Positions 8,818 through 16,831 of a DNA stretch of 64,000 nt are shown here, in pieces (positions within the stretch are counted from its first letter, which is position 1; every line of letters begins with the position of its first letter). A model generated the notes under the pieces. It was not told the origin of the DNA and made no database searches. It saw only the letters and a list, made by a program, of their open reading frames with translations. A program made the translations under genes and the position numbers. Origin of the DNA: Candidatus Hydrogenedens sp. (GTDB taxonomy: Bacteria; Hydrogenedentota; Hydrogenedentia; Hydrogenedentales; JAEUWI01); assembly GCA_016125095.1 (NCBI GenBank), contig WGMK01000010.1, forward strand, positions 331,336 to 395,335, written 5' to 3'.

Positions 8818-9906
8818 CTACTCGAACAGAAAAGCCTCCGCCACCAGGCCCGGACCGAATCCGAGTGCGACGCACGGCCCCTCGGCGGCCCGGCTTATCA
8901 TTTCCTGAAGGATAAAGAGGACCGTGGGCGACGACATGTTCCCGAATTTGCGGAGGATATCCCAGGAAATCGCTAACTCCGCGCGACCAATTCCCAGGGT
9001 TTGCTGCACCGCACGCAGAATTGCGGGACCACCCGGGTGGACCGCCCAATGGCTCACCGTATCGACACTAAGATTCCTCTGTTCCAGCCACCCTTCCAAC
9101 CAGGGCCGCAAGTGCGTACGGATCAATTGCGGCACTTCATCTGAGAGCGTCATTACAAATCCATGATTCCGAATGCGCCACGACATCGCGTCCCGCGAAT
9201 CCGGCAGCACGCACGAGCCGGTGTGCGTGCCGCGCCAAACGCCGGCACGATCGGGAGCTCCGCCGACGACCATGGCTGCAGCGCCATCGGCGAAGAGTGC
9301 ATTCGCCACATTGCGCTCCGGATCCCAGCCATACTGAAAATGCAGACTGCAAAGCTCCACCGCCACCAGCAGAACGACGGCCGCAGGATCGGCATCGACA
9401 TAGCCCTTGGCCACGCGCATCCCGTTTATGGCGCCGTGGCACCCCATGAATCCAACCTGTGTCCGTTGTACCGTTGGCTTGAGGCCCAGAGTATCCATGA
9501 GGTGCACATCGACACCGGGGGACATAAAGCCACTGCAGGTGACAACAACGATGTGGGTGATTTCTGCCGGTTGCGCGCAAGCGGCGTTGAGCGCTTCCCG
9601 CGCGGCTTGTTCCGAGAGTCGCGGCGCCTCGATCTCATAGCGCCTCATCCGCTCTGCAACCGCCGGCCCGGTATCGTCCGCGTTCTTGGCATCCTCATAG
9701 AAGTCTATCGTGGGGCTATCGTTCGGCCCGGCGCCCAACAATACGCTGCGGCGCTGCTCCACCCCGGTAAGACGATATAATCGTTGAAGGTATTGTTCTT
9801 GCATCGCGTCGGCGTAGGCGAATTTCGCCGCCGACAACGCGGCTTGCTGCTGCGTTATTGAATGTTCCGGAATAGCAGTTCCCATTCCCAGTACAGCAAA
9901 GCTCAT
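8818..9906 (-). CDS. Type III polyketide synthase (chalcone/stilbene synthase family)
   Basis: Internal ATG at 9906 (MSFAVLGMGTAIPEH...). Catalytic-Cys context VVVTCSGFMSPGVD, His context HWAVHPGG, Asn context KFGNMSSPTVLFIL, C-terminal GFGPG. ~363 aa. Confidence 0.8.
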   Translation of the reverse strand: MSFAVLGMGTAIPEHSITQQQAALSAAKFAYADAMQEQYLQRLYRLTGVEQRRSVLLGAGPNDSPTIDFYEDAKNADDTGPAVAERMRRYEIEAPRLSEQAAREALNAACAQPAEITHIVVVTCSGFMSPGVDVHLMDTLGLKPTVQRTQVGFMGCHGAINGMRVAKGYVDADPAAVVLLVAVELCSLHFQYGWDPERNVANALFADGAAAMVVGGAPDRAGVWRGTHTGSCVLPDSRDAMSWRIRNHGFVMTLSDEVPQLIRTHLRPWLEGWLEQRNLSVDTVSHWAVHPGGPAILRAVQQTLGIGRAELAISWDILRKFGNMSSPTVLFILQEMISRAAEGPCVALGFGPGLVAEAFLFE

Positions 9907-9976
9907 GGGGCCTCCTTTTCTCGGTGCGGGCGGTCGCCAGCTCCACATCTGCCCGCTCTCGGGCGGGAAAATTGCG

Positions 9977-11128
9977 TCAAAATGCGGGAGTGTTGATGTA
10001 TCGGATAAGTGGTGTCGCCAGGCCCGGCTGCCAGCCCAACGCGCGCAGAAACATACGGACCGCGAGGGGATACCGGAGCAAGGTGGCCACCCCGCGGCAC
10101 ACCAATTGCCGCGAACCGACATGCCCGCGATAAACGTTGCGCCACTCTTGGAGCGGCAGGGGGACATCGTGCGATACCGCGTGTTCCACGAGCGGTGCTA
10201 CGGCGTATCCCGAGGTAAGCGCCCAGGCCATGCCTTCGCCGGTGAACGGCTCTATGTACCCGGCCGCGTCTCCCAGCACAAGCACGCGCTCTGCTCCTAG
10301 CACGGTGGCCCGCCGAGTCAGCGGCGGAGTGCCTTTCCATTTCGTGCTCGCTTCCACAGGTACAGGGGCGTACCCGGCGCTCATCAGAATCTTGTTCGCT
10401 GCATCGGCCGGCCCGTTGCACTCGCGCAGGAAACTTGGGTCAAAGGCGGCTGCCACGTCGATACGGCCTGCTTCAACCATCGCCGCGCCGACATAGCCGC
10501 CCACGGCAATCGCCATACGGATTACGCCAGGCTCTATCCGCACGGAACCCGCGGGCAACACTGTTCCTGCGCCTACGCGCGCGTCCGCCGCGATACGGGG
10601 TTCATGTCCCGCGCTGCGCAGGGTGCCGCCATGCAGGCCATCGGCCGCGAGCACCGTGCGCGCACGGACCGTTTTCTGGCCGTCGTCTGAATACAGCGTG
10701 ACGATACGGTGTCCGCCATCGACGTCTCCCAACACCGCCTTTGTACCGTCTACAAAACACCCGCCGGCGTCAATGACAGCTTCACTCATCAGGGTATCCA
10801 GCGCGGCGCGCGAAATGCTCAGCCCCGTCGGTACAGCGAGGCGGATTCTCTGATCCGTGGTCGCAAGTTCCAGCGCAGCCTGTGACACCGCGCCTGCCTG
10901 CACCACCGCGTCTCGCATGCCGAGCCGCATCAAAATATCAATGGCACGCTGATTCAGGCAGCCGCCGCATACCTTGTCGCGTGGAAAGCGTGCCCGCTCC
11001 ACAAGCAGAACGCGGAGATTCAATTGCGAAAGTCTGAGCGCTGCAGCAGTTCCCGCGAGACCTGCGCCGATAATCAGGCAGTCCCAAGGCTCGTCGTTGA
11101 GCAATTGGAAGTCGATGGCATTTTCCAT
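9977..11128 (-). CDS. FAD-dependent oxidoreductase, geranylgeranyl-reductase/flavin hydroxylase family
   Basis: N-terminal GxGxxG dinucleotide fold DCLIIGAGLAGTAAALRL and FPRDKVCGGCL motif typical of the geranylgeranyl reductase family. Lies immediately between the methyltransferase and type III PKS genes on the same strand. Confidence 0.7.
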   Translation of the reverse strand: MENAIDFQLLNDEPWDCLIIGAGLAGTAAALRLSQLNLRVLLVERARFPRDKVCGGCLNQRAIDILMRLGMRDAVVQAGAVSQAALELATTDQRIRLAVPTGLSISRAALDTLMSEAVIDAGGCFVDGTKAVLGDVDGGHRIVTLYSDDGQKTVRARTVLAADGLHGGTLRSAGHEPRIAADARVGAGTVLPAGSVRIEPGVIRMAIAVGGYVGAAMVEAGRIDVAAAFDPSFLRECNGPADAANKILMSAGYAPVPVEASTKWKGTPPLTRRATVLGAERVLVLGDAAGYIEPFTGEGMAWALTSGYAVAPLVEHAVSHDVPLPLQEWRNVYRGHVGSRQLVCRGVATLLRYPLAVRMFLRALGWQPGLATPLIRYINTPAF

Positions 11129-11132
11129 CCTG

Positions 11133-11897
11133 CTATTCCGTGCTCCGGCGCCAGTCGAGCATGAAGCGCTCGGGCCAGCGGCGGCCCAGTTGCGCCGTGT
11201 GCATGCCCACCGCGTTCGCCATCTGGCGGATTTCCTGCATCGTGAACGCAGAACGCGCCGACAACACGGCGTCCACGTGCACCACGTACGAGCGGCTCAC
11301 GATCGGCGGCACGAGCCGCGCGAGCCAAAGACCCGCCTTCGAACGTACCAAGTCATTGACCAATACTCCCCTCCGGGCCCGCTTAAACATTTCTCCCAGC
11401 AAGGCGGTGGCCTGCGCTTCCGTCAAGTGATGCAGAAACAGCGAGCAGAGAATCACGTCAAAGCCCTCGGGCAGGCCATTGGCCAAGACGTCCCGCTGCA
11501 TCCAAATCACCTTGACTCGCTTCGATTCCGCCTCGCGCGCGGCAAAGCGAAGCGCCTGGGCACTGATATCCAGCCCAGTTACTTCGATCGCTGCGTTTGC
11601 GCGTCTGGCGAGACGCGCCACCCAGATCGAGGTTCCACCTCCCCCGCACGCCACATCCAATACCCGTAACGGTCGTTCAGGCTTATGACCGCGTGCCATT
11701 TCCAAAAGCGGCCGCCGAAAACCAAGCGACGCAAGGCTCAAGAGGTTGATGCGCCCCAAGCCCGTCAGCGCGGCAAAGTGATCCGATTCGGCCAGCCCCG
11801 GCTCGTCCATCAATTCGGGATCGAGTACTCGTTCCGGTAGGGTGAATATCGTTCTCGCTTTGAGCAACGCCAGTAGCTCCGATCGTGTTTTGTTCAA
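11133..11897 (-). CDS. Class I SAM-dependent methyltransferase
   Basis: SAM-binding motif I VLDVACGGG and acidic motif LVND. TTG start at 11897 per the ORF track; the start is uncertain. First gene of a three-gene same-strand unit with the FAD oxidoreductase and type III PKS. Confidence 0.65.
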   Translation of the reverse strand: MNKTRSELLALLKARTIFTLPERVLDPELMDEPGLAESDHFAALTGLGRINLLSLASLGFRRPLLEMARGHKPERPLRVLDVACGGGGTSIWVARLARRANAAIEVTGLDISAQALRFAAREAESKRVKVIWMQRDVLANGLPEGFDVILCSLFLHHLTEAQATALLGEMFKRARRGVLVNDLVRSKAGLWLARLVPPIVSRSYVVHVDAVLSARSAFTMQEIRQMANAVGMHTAQLGRRWPERFMLDWRRSTE

Positions 11898-12259
11898 CTT
11901 ATAGTGGACAACACATCGTCAGCCTGATTAATTCTTGCGTCAGGAATTTTTTGTTGGGGGTGTTTGGTGGTGGATGAAGATGTCGACCCGCTCTGGCGAG
12001 GTATTGCCGCTGCGGAGACGCAAGCTGCTGCGGTGTGCGCCGATGCAAAAAGGCGGTGCGAAGCAACGTGGCGCACGGAACGTGCTTGGTAGCGACCGAA
12101 GGCAAGCAGGCATCTGAGGTTGGAGGCCCAGACCTGCGTGGGGTCTTCCGCTCTGAATTCCATTAAGCAGAAGAGCATCCGTTCTTTGCACGCCGCAAAG
12201 GGGGGCCCCTGAGGCCGTAAGCTTCAAAGAGAGCCTATGCCAAAGCGCAAAGAAAAAGG

Positions 12260-12346
12260 TGGTAGCGGCACTCGGGGTCGAACCGAGACGGGGTTGCCCC
12301 CACTGGATTTTGAGTCCAGCGCGTCTGCCAATTCCGCCATGCCGCC
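12260..12346 (-). tRNA. tRNA-Leu (anticodon CAA), class II with long variable arm, encoded CCA
   Basis: Manual fold of the reverse complement: acceptor GGCGGCA/TGCCGCT (G1-U72 wobble), U8, anticodon stem CTGGA/TCCAG with loop CTCAAAA (anticodon CAA), long variable arm TGGGGGCAACCCCGT, T-arm CTCGG-TTCGACC-CCGAG, discriminator A, CCA. Confidence 0.85.
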
Positions 12347-12430
12347 GCGATGGGAGCGGAAGTATAGCTTAGTAATCCCGAGGTTTCCAAGGTGTGGGAT
12401 GCTGCGGGTGCATCTGATGTGGATCGGGGC

Positions 12431-12472
12431 GGAAATAAAAGTGCCCCGTCTCGGGGAGGAGTCGAGACGGGG
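12431..12472 (-). terminator. Rho-independent terminator (10-bp GC-rich stem CCCCGTCTCG/CGAGACGGGG followed on the minus strand by CACUUUUAUUUCC)
   Basis: Seen directly in sequence. On the plus strand the same hairpin is followed by T runs (gattttttcgcttttt), so it may be bidirectional. Sits between the candidate sRNA/sORF locus and tRNA-Leu. Confidence 0.5.
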
Positions 12473-12542
12473 CGAAGCGAAGAAGGGATTTTTTCGCTTT
12501 TTGAGGCCACCGCGGCATAACGGGCCGCGGGACCTCTAAATT

Positions 12543-12729
12543 ATTTTTTCGGCGCCCGGTCGGCAAGGGCTCGGACGGGCTTGACCTGGTGTTCGGGCCG
12601 CCTCACCAGGAGAGGCGTTGGGCTTTTGCCTGGAGTCGAGTTGTGGCATAGGTCGCTTGGCGGGAGGGAGGCCGCGCAAGGAGTGTAGAAGGGATCCGAA
12701 CGGATTCGCCTTCCGGGCGCCGGAAAAAA
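12543..12729. ncRNA. Candidate ~187-nt structured RNA closed by a long-range 16-nt terminal helix (UUUUUUCGGCGCCCGG ... CCGGGCGCCGGAAAAAA); 6S-RNA-like size and architecture; strand undetermined
   Basis: Near-perfect inverted repeats ~170 nt apart enclose a GC-rich region with several local hairpins (e.g. CGCCTC-ACCAGGA-GAGGCG). No convincing ORF inside. The region lies in a ~1 kb gene-free gap. Confidence 0.3.
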
Positions 12730-12761
12730 CGGATTCAACTATCTTCAGCGGTCAGCGCGTG

Positions 12762-12944
12762 TCAGCGCGATCGGTACGTGTGGGCCAGGGCGGAGAGCTG
12801 CTCGAGAGAAAGCCCGGCGTGCCAGTTATTGCTCAGGCCGGCCGCGTGCGCTTCCGCGTTGTACGCGTACTGCGCCATCAGACGCGTTCCGGCGTCCTGG
12901 GGGGCGGGGCTAAGCATTACTGGGGTCGTCGTGCGGGCTTCCAT
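12762..12944 (-). CDS. Possible small protein (60 aa) MEARTTTPVMLSPAPQDAGTRLMAQYAYNAEAHAAGLSNNWHAGLSLEQLSALAHTYRSR
   Basis: ATG preceded by AAGGAGAGCAGAGG (SD-like, ~8 nt spacing). High GC3 consistent with the genome's coding bias. The longer 102-aa ORF-track frame was trimmed to the ATG with an RBS. No homolog recognised. Confidence 0.3.
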   Translation of the reverse strand: MEARTTTPVMLSPAPQDAGTRLMAQYAYNAEAHAAGLSNNWHAGLSLEQLSALAHTYRSR

Positions 12945-13381
12945 CCTCTGCTCTCCTTGGGGTTGGCGGCGGCTGCTTCCGGTCGGTCTTGCGTTGCGTC
13001 GGGCGGCGGCGCTGGGCGACGTGGGGTTCGCCCAGCGTCCGCACACCCAGGGGGGAGATTCACAACGCAATCACGATTGTCCTGAACGCAGCCTCCTCTT
13101 GTTTCGGGTTGCTTTTTCAACTGTGCTGTCGCTACCGCGCCAGCGACAGGCTAATAGCAGCGCCCGTGCCAACTTTGGAAAATTTGGGGAATTCCCAACA
13201 AAATGGAGGTTTTGGGCTCGCTGGTCGTGCCAACTTGGCACGGAACCGGCACAAAACAACCTACCGGCGGGTGTGCGAGATAGGCAACATTACCAAAATG
13301 TAGGATTGGTGGCTGCGTGCAGGGTTTGCATGGGCAGGCAGGGATCTCCCGACGGGGAGTCCATGCATACTTCAGGGGGGA

Positions 13382-13957
13382 CTAGAGCACCAAATCGTCG
13401 GGTTCGGACACGGGAATGGCCGCAAGCGTGGGCGGAAGGGATTCCGCGTCGTAGGTTTCCAGCGTGAGGGTGGCGAGGGGATGGAAGGGTACGTCGAATT
13501 CGGCCTGTCCGCCACTGCGATCGATCAGCGCGGCCACGGCAACGATGTCCGCGCCGCGGGCACGGAGGTGGTCGATGCTCTTCTTTACGGAGCCGCCCGT
13601 GGTGATGATGTCCTCGACGACGAGCACCCGCGTGCCGGGTTCGAGCCGGAAGCCGCGCTTGAGCGCCATCGTTCCGTCGGGCTCCTTCTCCGTGAAGGCG
13701 GCCCGGCAGCCGAGGTGCCGCGCGGTTTCGTAGGAAAGAATGATGCCGCCCGTGGCGGGACCAACGACCAGCTGGATCCCGGCATCCTGAAACGATTCGG
13801 CCATGGCCTTGCAGAGCGCTTCGGTCTGTTCGGGAAACTGCAGCACACGCGAGGCCTGCAGAAAGCGCGAGCCGTGCCGGCCGCTGGCATAAATAAAATG
13901 TCCGTTCAGCAGGGCGCCGGTCTGTTCGAAGAGCGCGAGTACTTGCTGGGTGTCCAT
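13382..13957 (-). CDS. pyrE: Orotate phosphoribosyltransferase
   Basis: PRPP-binding motif VLVVEDIITTGGS; overall length and sequence typical of PyrE. Confidence 0.85.
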   Translation of the reverse strand: MDTQQVLALFEQTGALLNGHFIYASGRHGSRFLQASRVLQFPEQTEALCKAMAESFQDAGIQLVVGPATGGIILSYETARHLGCRAAFTEKEPDGTMALKRGFRLEPGTRVLVVEDIITTGGSVKKSIDHLRARGADIVAVAALIDRSGGQAEFDVPFHPLATLTLETYDAESLPPTLAAIPVSEPDDLVL

Positions 13958-13997
13958 GGCAGGATATCCTTTAGCGAGGCATGTTCCGGAGACCGGC

Positions 13998-14687
13998 CTA
14001 GTTCAGTTCGTCTTGAATCAAATCCACGGCCTCGGCCGGGTTTTCGTGTCCGAGTATCGGCCGGCCTACCACGATGTAGTCGGCACCGGCGGCGCGGGCG
14101 TCGGCCGGGGTCATGATGCGCGCCTGGTCGTTGGCGGCCGCCCAGGCCGGACGGATGCCGGGCGTGACGATGAGCGCGTCGGGCCCGACGGCCTCGCGCA
14201 CGGCGGTAATCTCGAGCGGAGAGCAGACGATGCCGTGCGCGCCGGAATCGACGGCCAGACTAGCCAGACGCCGCACGGCCTGCTCGGGCGTTTCGGGCAT
14301 GCCGACTTCGCCGCGCAGGGCTGCTTCACTGATGCTGGTCAATACTGTCACCGCGAGGATACGCGTGTTCGTGCCCTCGGCCGCCTCGCGCGCGGCGGCA
14401 ATCATGGCGCGTCCGCCGCTGGCGTGGATGGTCAACAGCCCGGCATCCAGCGCGATGCTCGATTCCACGGCGTGCTTCACGGTGTTGGGAATGTCGTGGA
14501 ACTTGAGGTCGAGAAAGAGCTGCTTGCCGGCCTGACGCACCGCATGGGCGATATCGGGGCCGTAGCGCGTGTAGAGCTGCAGGCCCACCTTGAACCAGGC
14601 GCAGCGCCCGCAGCGTTCCACGGCGGCCAATGCCTCCTCGCGCGTGGGCACGTCGAGGGCGGTAATTAGTTCGGTCTGGCGGCTCAT
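13998..14687 (-). CDS. pyrF: Orotidine 5'-phosphate decarboxylase
   Basis: Real gene is the C-terminal 229 aa of the 755-aa ORF-track frame, with ATG at 14687 (MSRQTELITALDVP...). The FKVG...DLKFHDIPNT motif contains the catalytic Lys and DxKxxD. Overlaps the pyrD stop by 4 nt (ATGA). Confidence 0.85.
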   Translation of the reverse strand: MSRQTELITALDVPTREEALAAVERCGRCAWFKVGLQLYTRYGPDIAHAVRQAGKQLFLDLKFHDIPNTVKHAVESSIALDAGLLTIHASGGRAMIAAAREAAEGTNTRILAVTVLTSISEAALRGEVGMPETPEQAVRRLASLAVDSGAHGIVCSPLEITAVREAVGPDALIVTPGIRPAWAAANDQARIMTPADARAAGADYIVVGRPILGHENPAEAVDLIQDELN

Positions 14688-15745
14688 AGCGCGGCTCCCG
14701 TGGCTTCTTGGATAGTGGCGATGCCCTCGGCTTCGAGGCGTTCGAGCAGACCGGCGTTGATGTCGCGCACGAGCCCCGGCCCCTTGTAGATCATGCCCGT
14801 ATAGACCTGCACCAGCGATGCGCCGTGAACAATGCGGCGCCAGGCCTCGTCGGCACTGTCGATGCCGCCGACGCTGATCAGGGTCGTCTTCCCGTAGAGC
14901 TCTGCGGCAATGGCCTGAAACACGGCAAAGCTGCGCTCCGTCAGCACGCGTCCGCTCAGGCCGCCGAAGTCTTTCGCGCCTGGGCAGAGCGCGTAGTCCA
15001 CCGTCGTATTCGTCGCGATGATGCCCGCCGCGCCTGCGTCTACTGCCGCACGGCACAGGCCGACGATGGTGTCGGGCTCGGCATCGGGCGAAACTTTGAG
15101 CAATACCGGCGCCTGGGTCAGCGGCAGGCAGGCCCCGAAGACTTCCGCGATGAAGGCCTCGTTCAGCAGGCCGCGCAGCCCCGGCGTGTTCGGGCTGGAG
15201 ATGTTGATGACAAAGTAATCGCAGAGCCCGTCGAGCCCCTGAATCAGCTTGGTGTAGTCCGATACGGCGTCGGCCTCGGGCGTGTCTTTGTTCTTGCCCA
15301 GGTTGATGCCGATGGGTATGCCCGCCGGGTAGGTCCGCTGCAGGCGGGCGCGCACGGCATCGAGTCCGTCGTTGTTGAAGCCCATCGCGTTCTGCAGCGT
15401 CTCCTGCGCCGGATGGCGGTACACGCGCGGCTTCGGGTTGCCGGGCTGCGGGCGCGGGGTGACGGCGCCCAGCTCGGCGTGTCCGAATCCGAGCAGCGGC
15501 CAGGCGCGCACCAGCGTGGCGTTCTTGTCGTAGCCTGCCGCCAGCCCCACGGGGTTGGGAAACTGCAGGCCAAGGCAGTCCACGGCCAGCCTCGGATCGG
15601 CCAGGCAGAACTCCGAGCGCAGGATGGCCGGACCAAAGGGGGCGAGCGCCGCGGCGCGCAGGGCGGCGCTGGCGGCGGCGTGCGCCTGTTCGGGCTCCAA
15701 CTGGAATAGCGCGGGTTTGAGCAGCGGATACAGGAGGCGGTGCAT
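14684..15745 (-). CDS. pyrD: Dihydroorotate dehydrogenase (quinone), class 2
   Basis: MHRLLYPLLKPALFQL N-terminal extension typical of membrane-associated class 2 DHODH. FMN/substrate motifs GFNNDG, NISSPNTPGLR, GGI. Confidence 0.85.
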   Translation of the reverse strand: MHRLLYPLLKPALFQLEPEQAHAAASAALRAAALAPFGPAILRSEFCLADPRLAVDCLGLQFPNPVGLAAGYDKNATLVRAWPLLGFGHAELGAVTPRPQPGNPKPRVYRHPAQETLQNAMGFNNDGLDAVRARLQRTYPAGIPIGINLGKNKDTPEADAVSDYTKLIQGLDGLCDYFVINISSPNTPGLRGLLNEAFIAEVFGACLPLTQAPVLLKVSPDAEPDTIVGLCRAAVDAGAAGIIATNTTVDYALCPGAKDFGGLSGRVLTERSFAVFQAIAAELYGKTTLISVGGIDSADEAWRRIVHGASLVQVYTGMIYKGPGLVRDINAGLLERLEAEGIATIQEATGAAL

Positions 15746-15751
15746 GGGCCC

Positions 15752-16831
15752 CTACATGCGCGAGCGCTGCACGTGCTGGTTGCGCAGCAGCTCGAGACTC
15801 ACGCGCACGCGTTCGGCGAGCACCTCGCCGATGCCGTCCACTTCCACGAGGTCGTCCTTCGGGGCGCGCACAATCATCTGCAGGGTGCCGAAGCGCTGCA
15901 CGAGGTTTTCGATGATGGCGTTCGGCAGGCGGTGGGTGGCGGCGAGCACACGGTAGCCGCGCGGCGCGAGATAGGTATCCACCGCGCGGATGTTGCTGCC
16001 GAAGCCCAGCGCGTGGCTGATACTTTCCAGGTTCAGCAGGTCTTCCTGCGAAATCTGGCGGATCCGGTCCATCACCGTGTCCAGGTTCACGCCGGACTTC
16101 GTGCTGTAGTAATCCTTCACCACCAGCTGGCACTGCTCGATGGGCTGCATGAGTTCTTCCAGCTGCAGCTCGATCAGGCGGCCCTCGGTGCCGAGCTCGA
16201 CGATGATGGGCTCGATTTCCTTGGCGATGCGCACCACCATCTCGGTGCGCTGAATGGCCCGGCACACGTCGAAGATCGTGACGATGTCCTGGAACTCGCG
16301 CGTCGTCAGCTCGGTCATGGCCTGCTGCAGCACGGTCATGTACTTCTCGAGCGTCTGGATGGCCTGCATGCCCTTGTTCACCAGCGAGGGGATCTCGTCC
16401 ATCACGTGGCGGATTTCGTGCACATAGACGGTGACCGCGCTGCGGCGCTGCGAGACCGCGATGACCATGGCCTTGGCCTGGTTCGCGAGGCGCTGCGCGG
16501 TGCGGTGGCGGGTGCCGGTCTCTTCGGAATGGATGTTCGCGTCGGGCTTGAGGAAGCGGTTGGCGTAGAGGATGCGGTCGCCCTTGGGGGTGAGGATGAT
16601 GGCGCCGTCCATCTTGGCGAGTTCATACAGCAACTGCGGCGTTACGCGCTCGTCCAGCTGCACGCCGCCTTCCGAAAGGCTGGCGAGCTTCTTCATCGGC
16701 CCGATACAGATGAGTGCGCCGGTGCCGCTCTGCAGAATCGCGGAAATGCCCTCGCGTATGATCGTGCCGGGCGCGATCATCTGCAACGCCTCGCGGAAAG
16801 CCTCGTCGGTGGATTTCGTTTTCGCCGCCAC
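15752..16831 (-). CDS. disA: DNA integrity scanning protein DisA (diadenylate cyclase, c-di-AMP synthase)
   Basis: DAC-domain DGA and RHR motifs (KMDGAIILTP...GTRHRTAQRLA). C-terminal HhH region (VDGIGEVLAERV). Directly downstream of radA, as in the Bacillus radA-disA operon. Confidence 0.8.
   Translation of the reverse strand: MAAKTKSTDEAFREALQMIAPGTIIREGISAILQSGTGALICIGPMKKLASLSEGGVQLDERVTPQLLYELAKMDGAIILTPKGDRILYANRFLKPDANIHSEETGTRHRTAQRLANQAKAMVIAVSQRRSAVTVYVHEIRHVMDEIPSLVNKGMQAIQTLEKYMTVLQQAMTELTTREFQDIVTIFDVCRAIQRTEMVVRIAKEIEPIIVELGTEGRLIELQLEELMQPIEQCQLVVKDYYSTKSGVNLDTVMDRIRQISQEDLLNLESISHALGFGSNIRAVDTYLAPRGYRVLAATHRLPNAIIENLVQRFGTLQMIVRAPKDDLVEVDGIGEVLAERVRVSLELLRNQHVQRSRM

Noticed and set aside
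12237-12539. 100-aa ORF 12237..12539 (+) and 12235..12510 (-)
   Set aside because: They overlap the tRNA-Leu gene and the terminator hairpin, have no RBS, and have low-complexity translations.
13998-16265. 755-aa ORF-track frame 13998..16265 (-)
   Set aside because: It is a read-through artefact. Only the C-terminal 229 aa (from ATG 14687) is the real gene, pyrF. The upstream part of the frame overlaps pyrD and disA, which are read in other frames.
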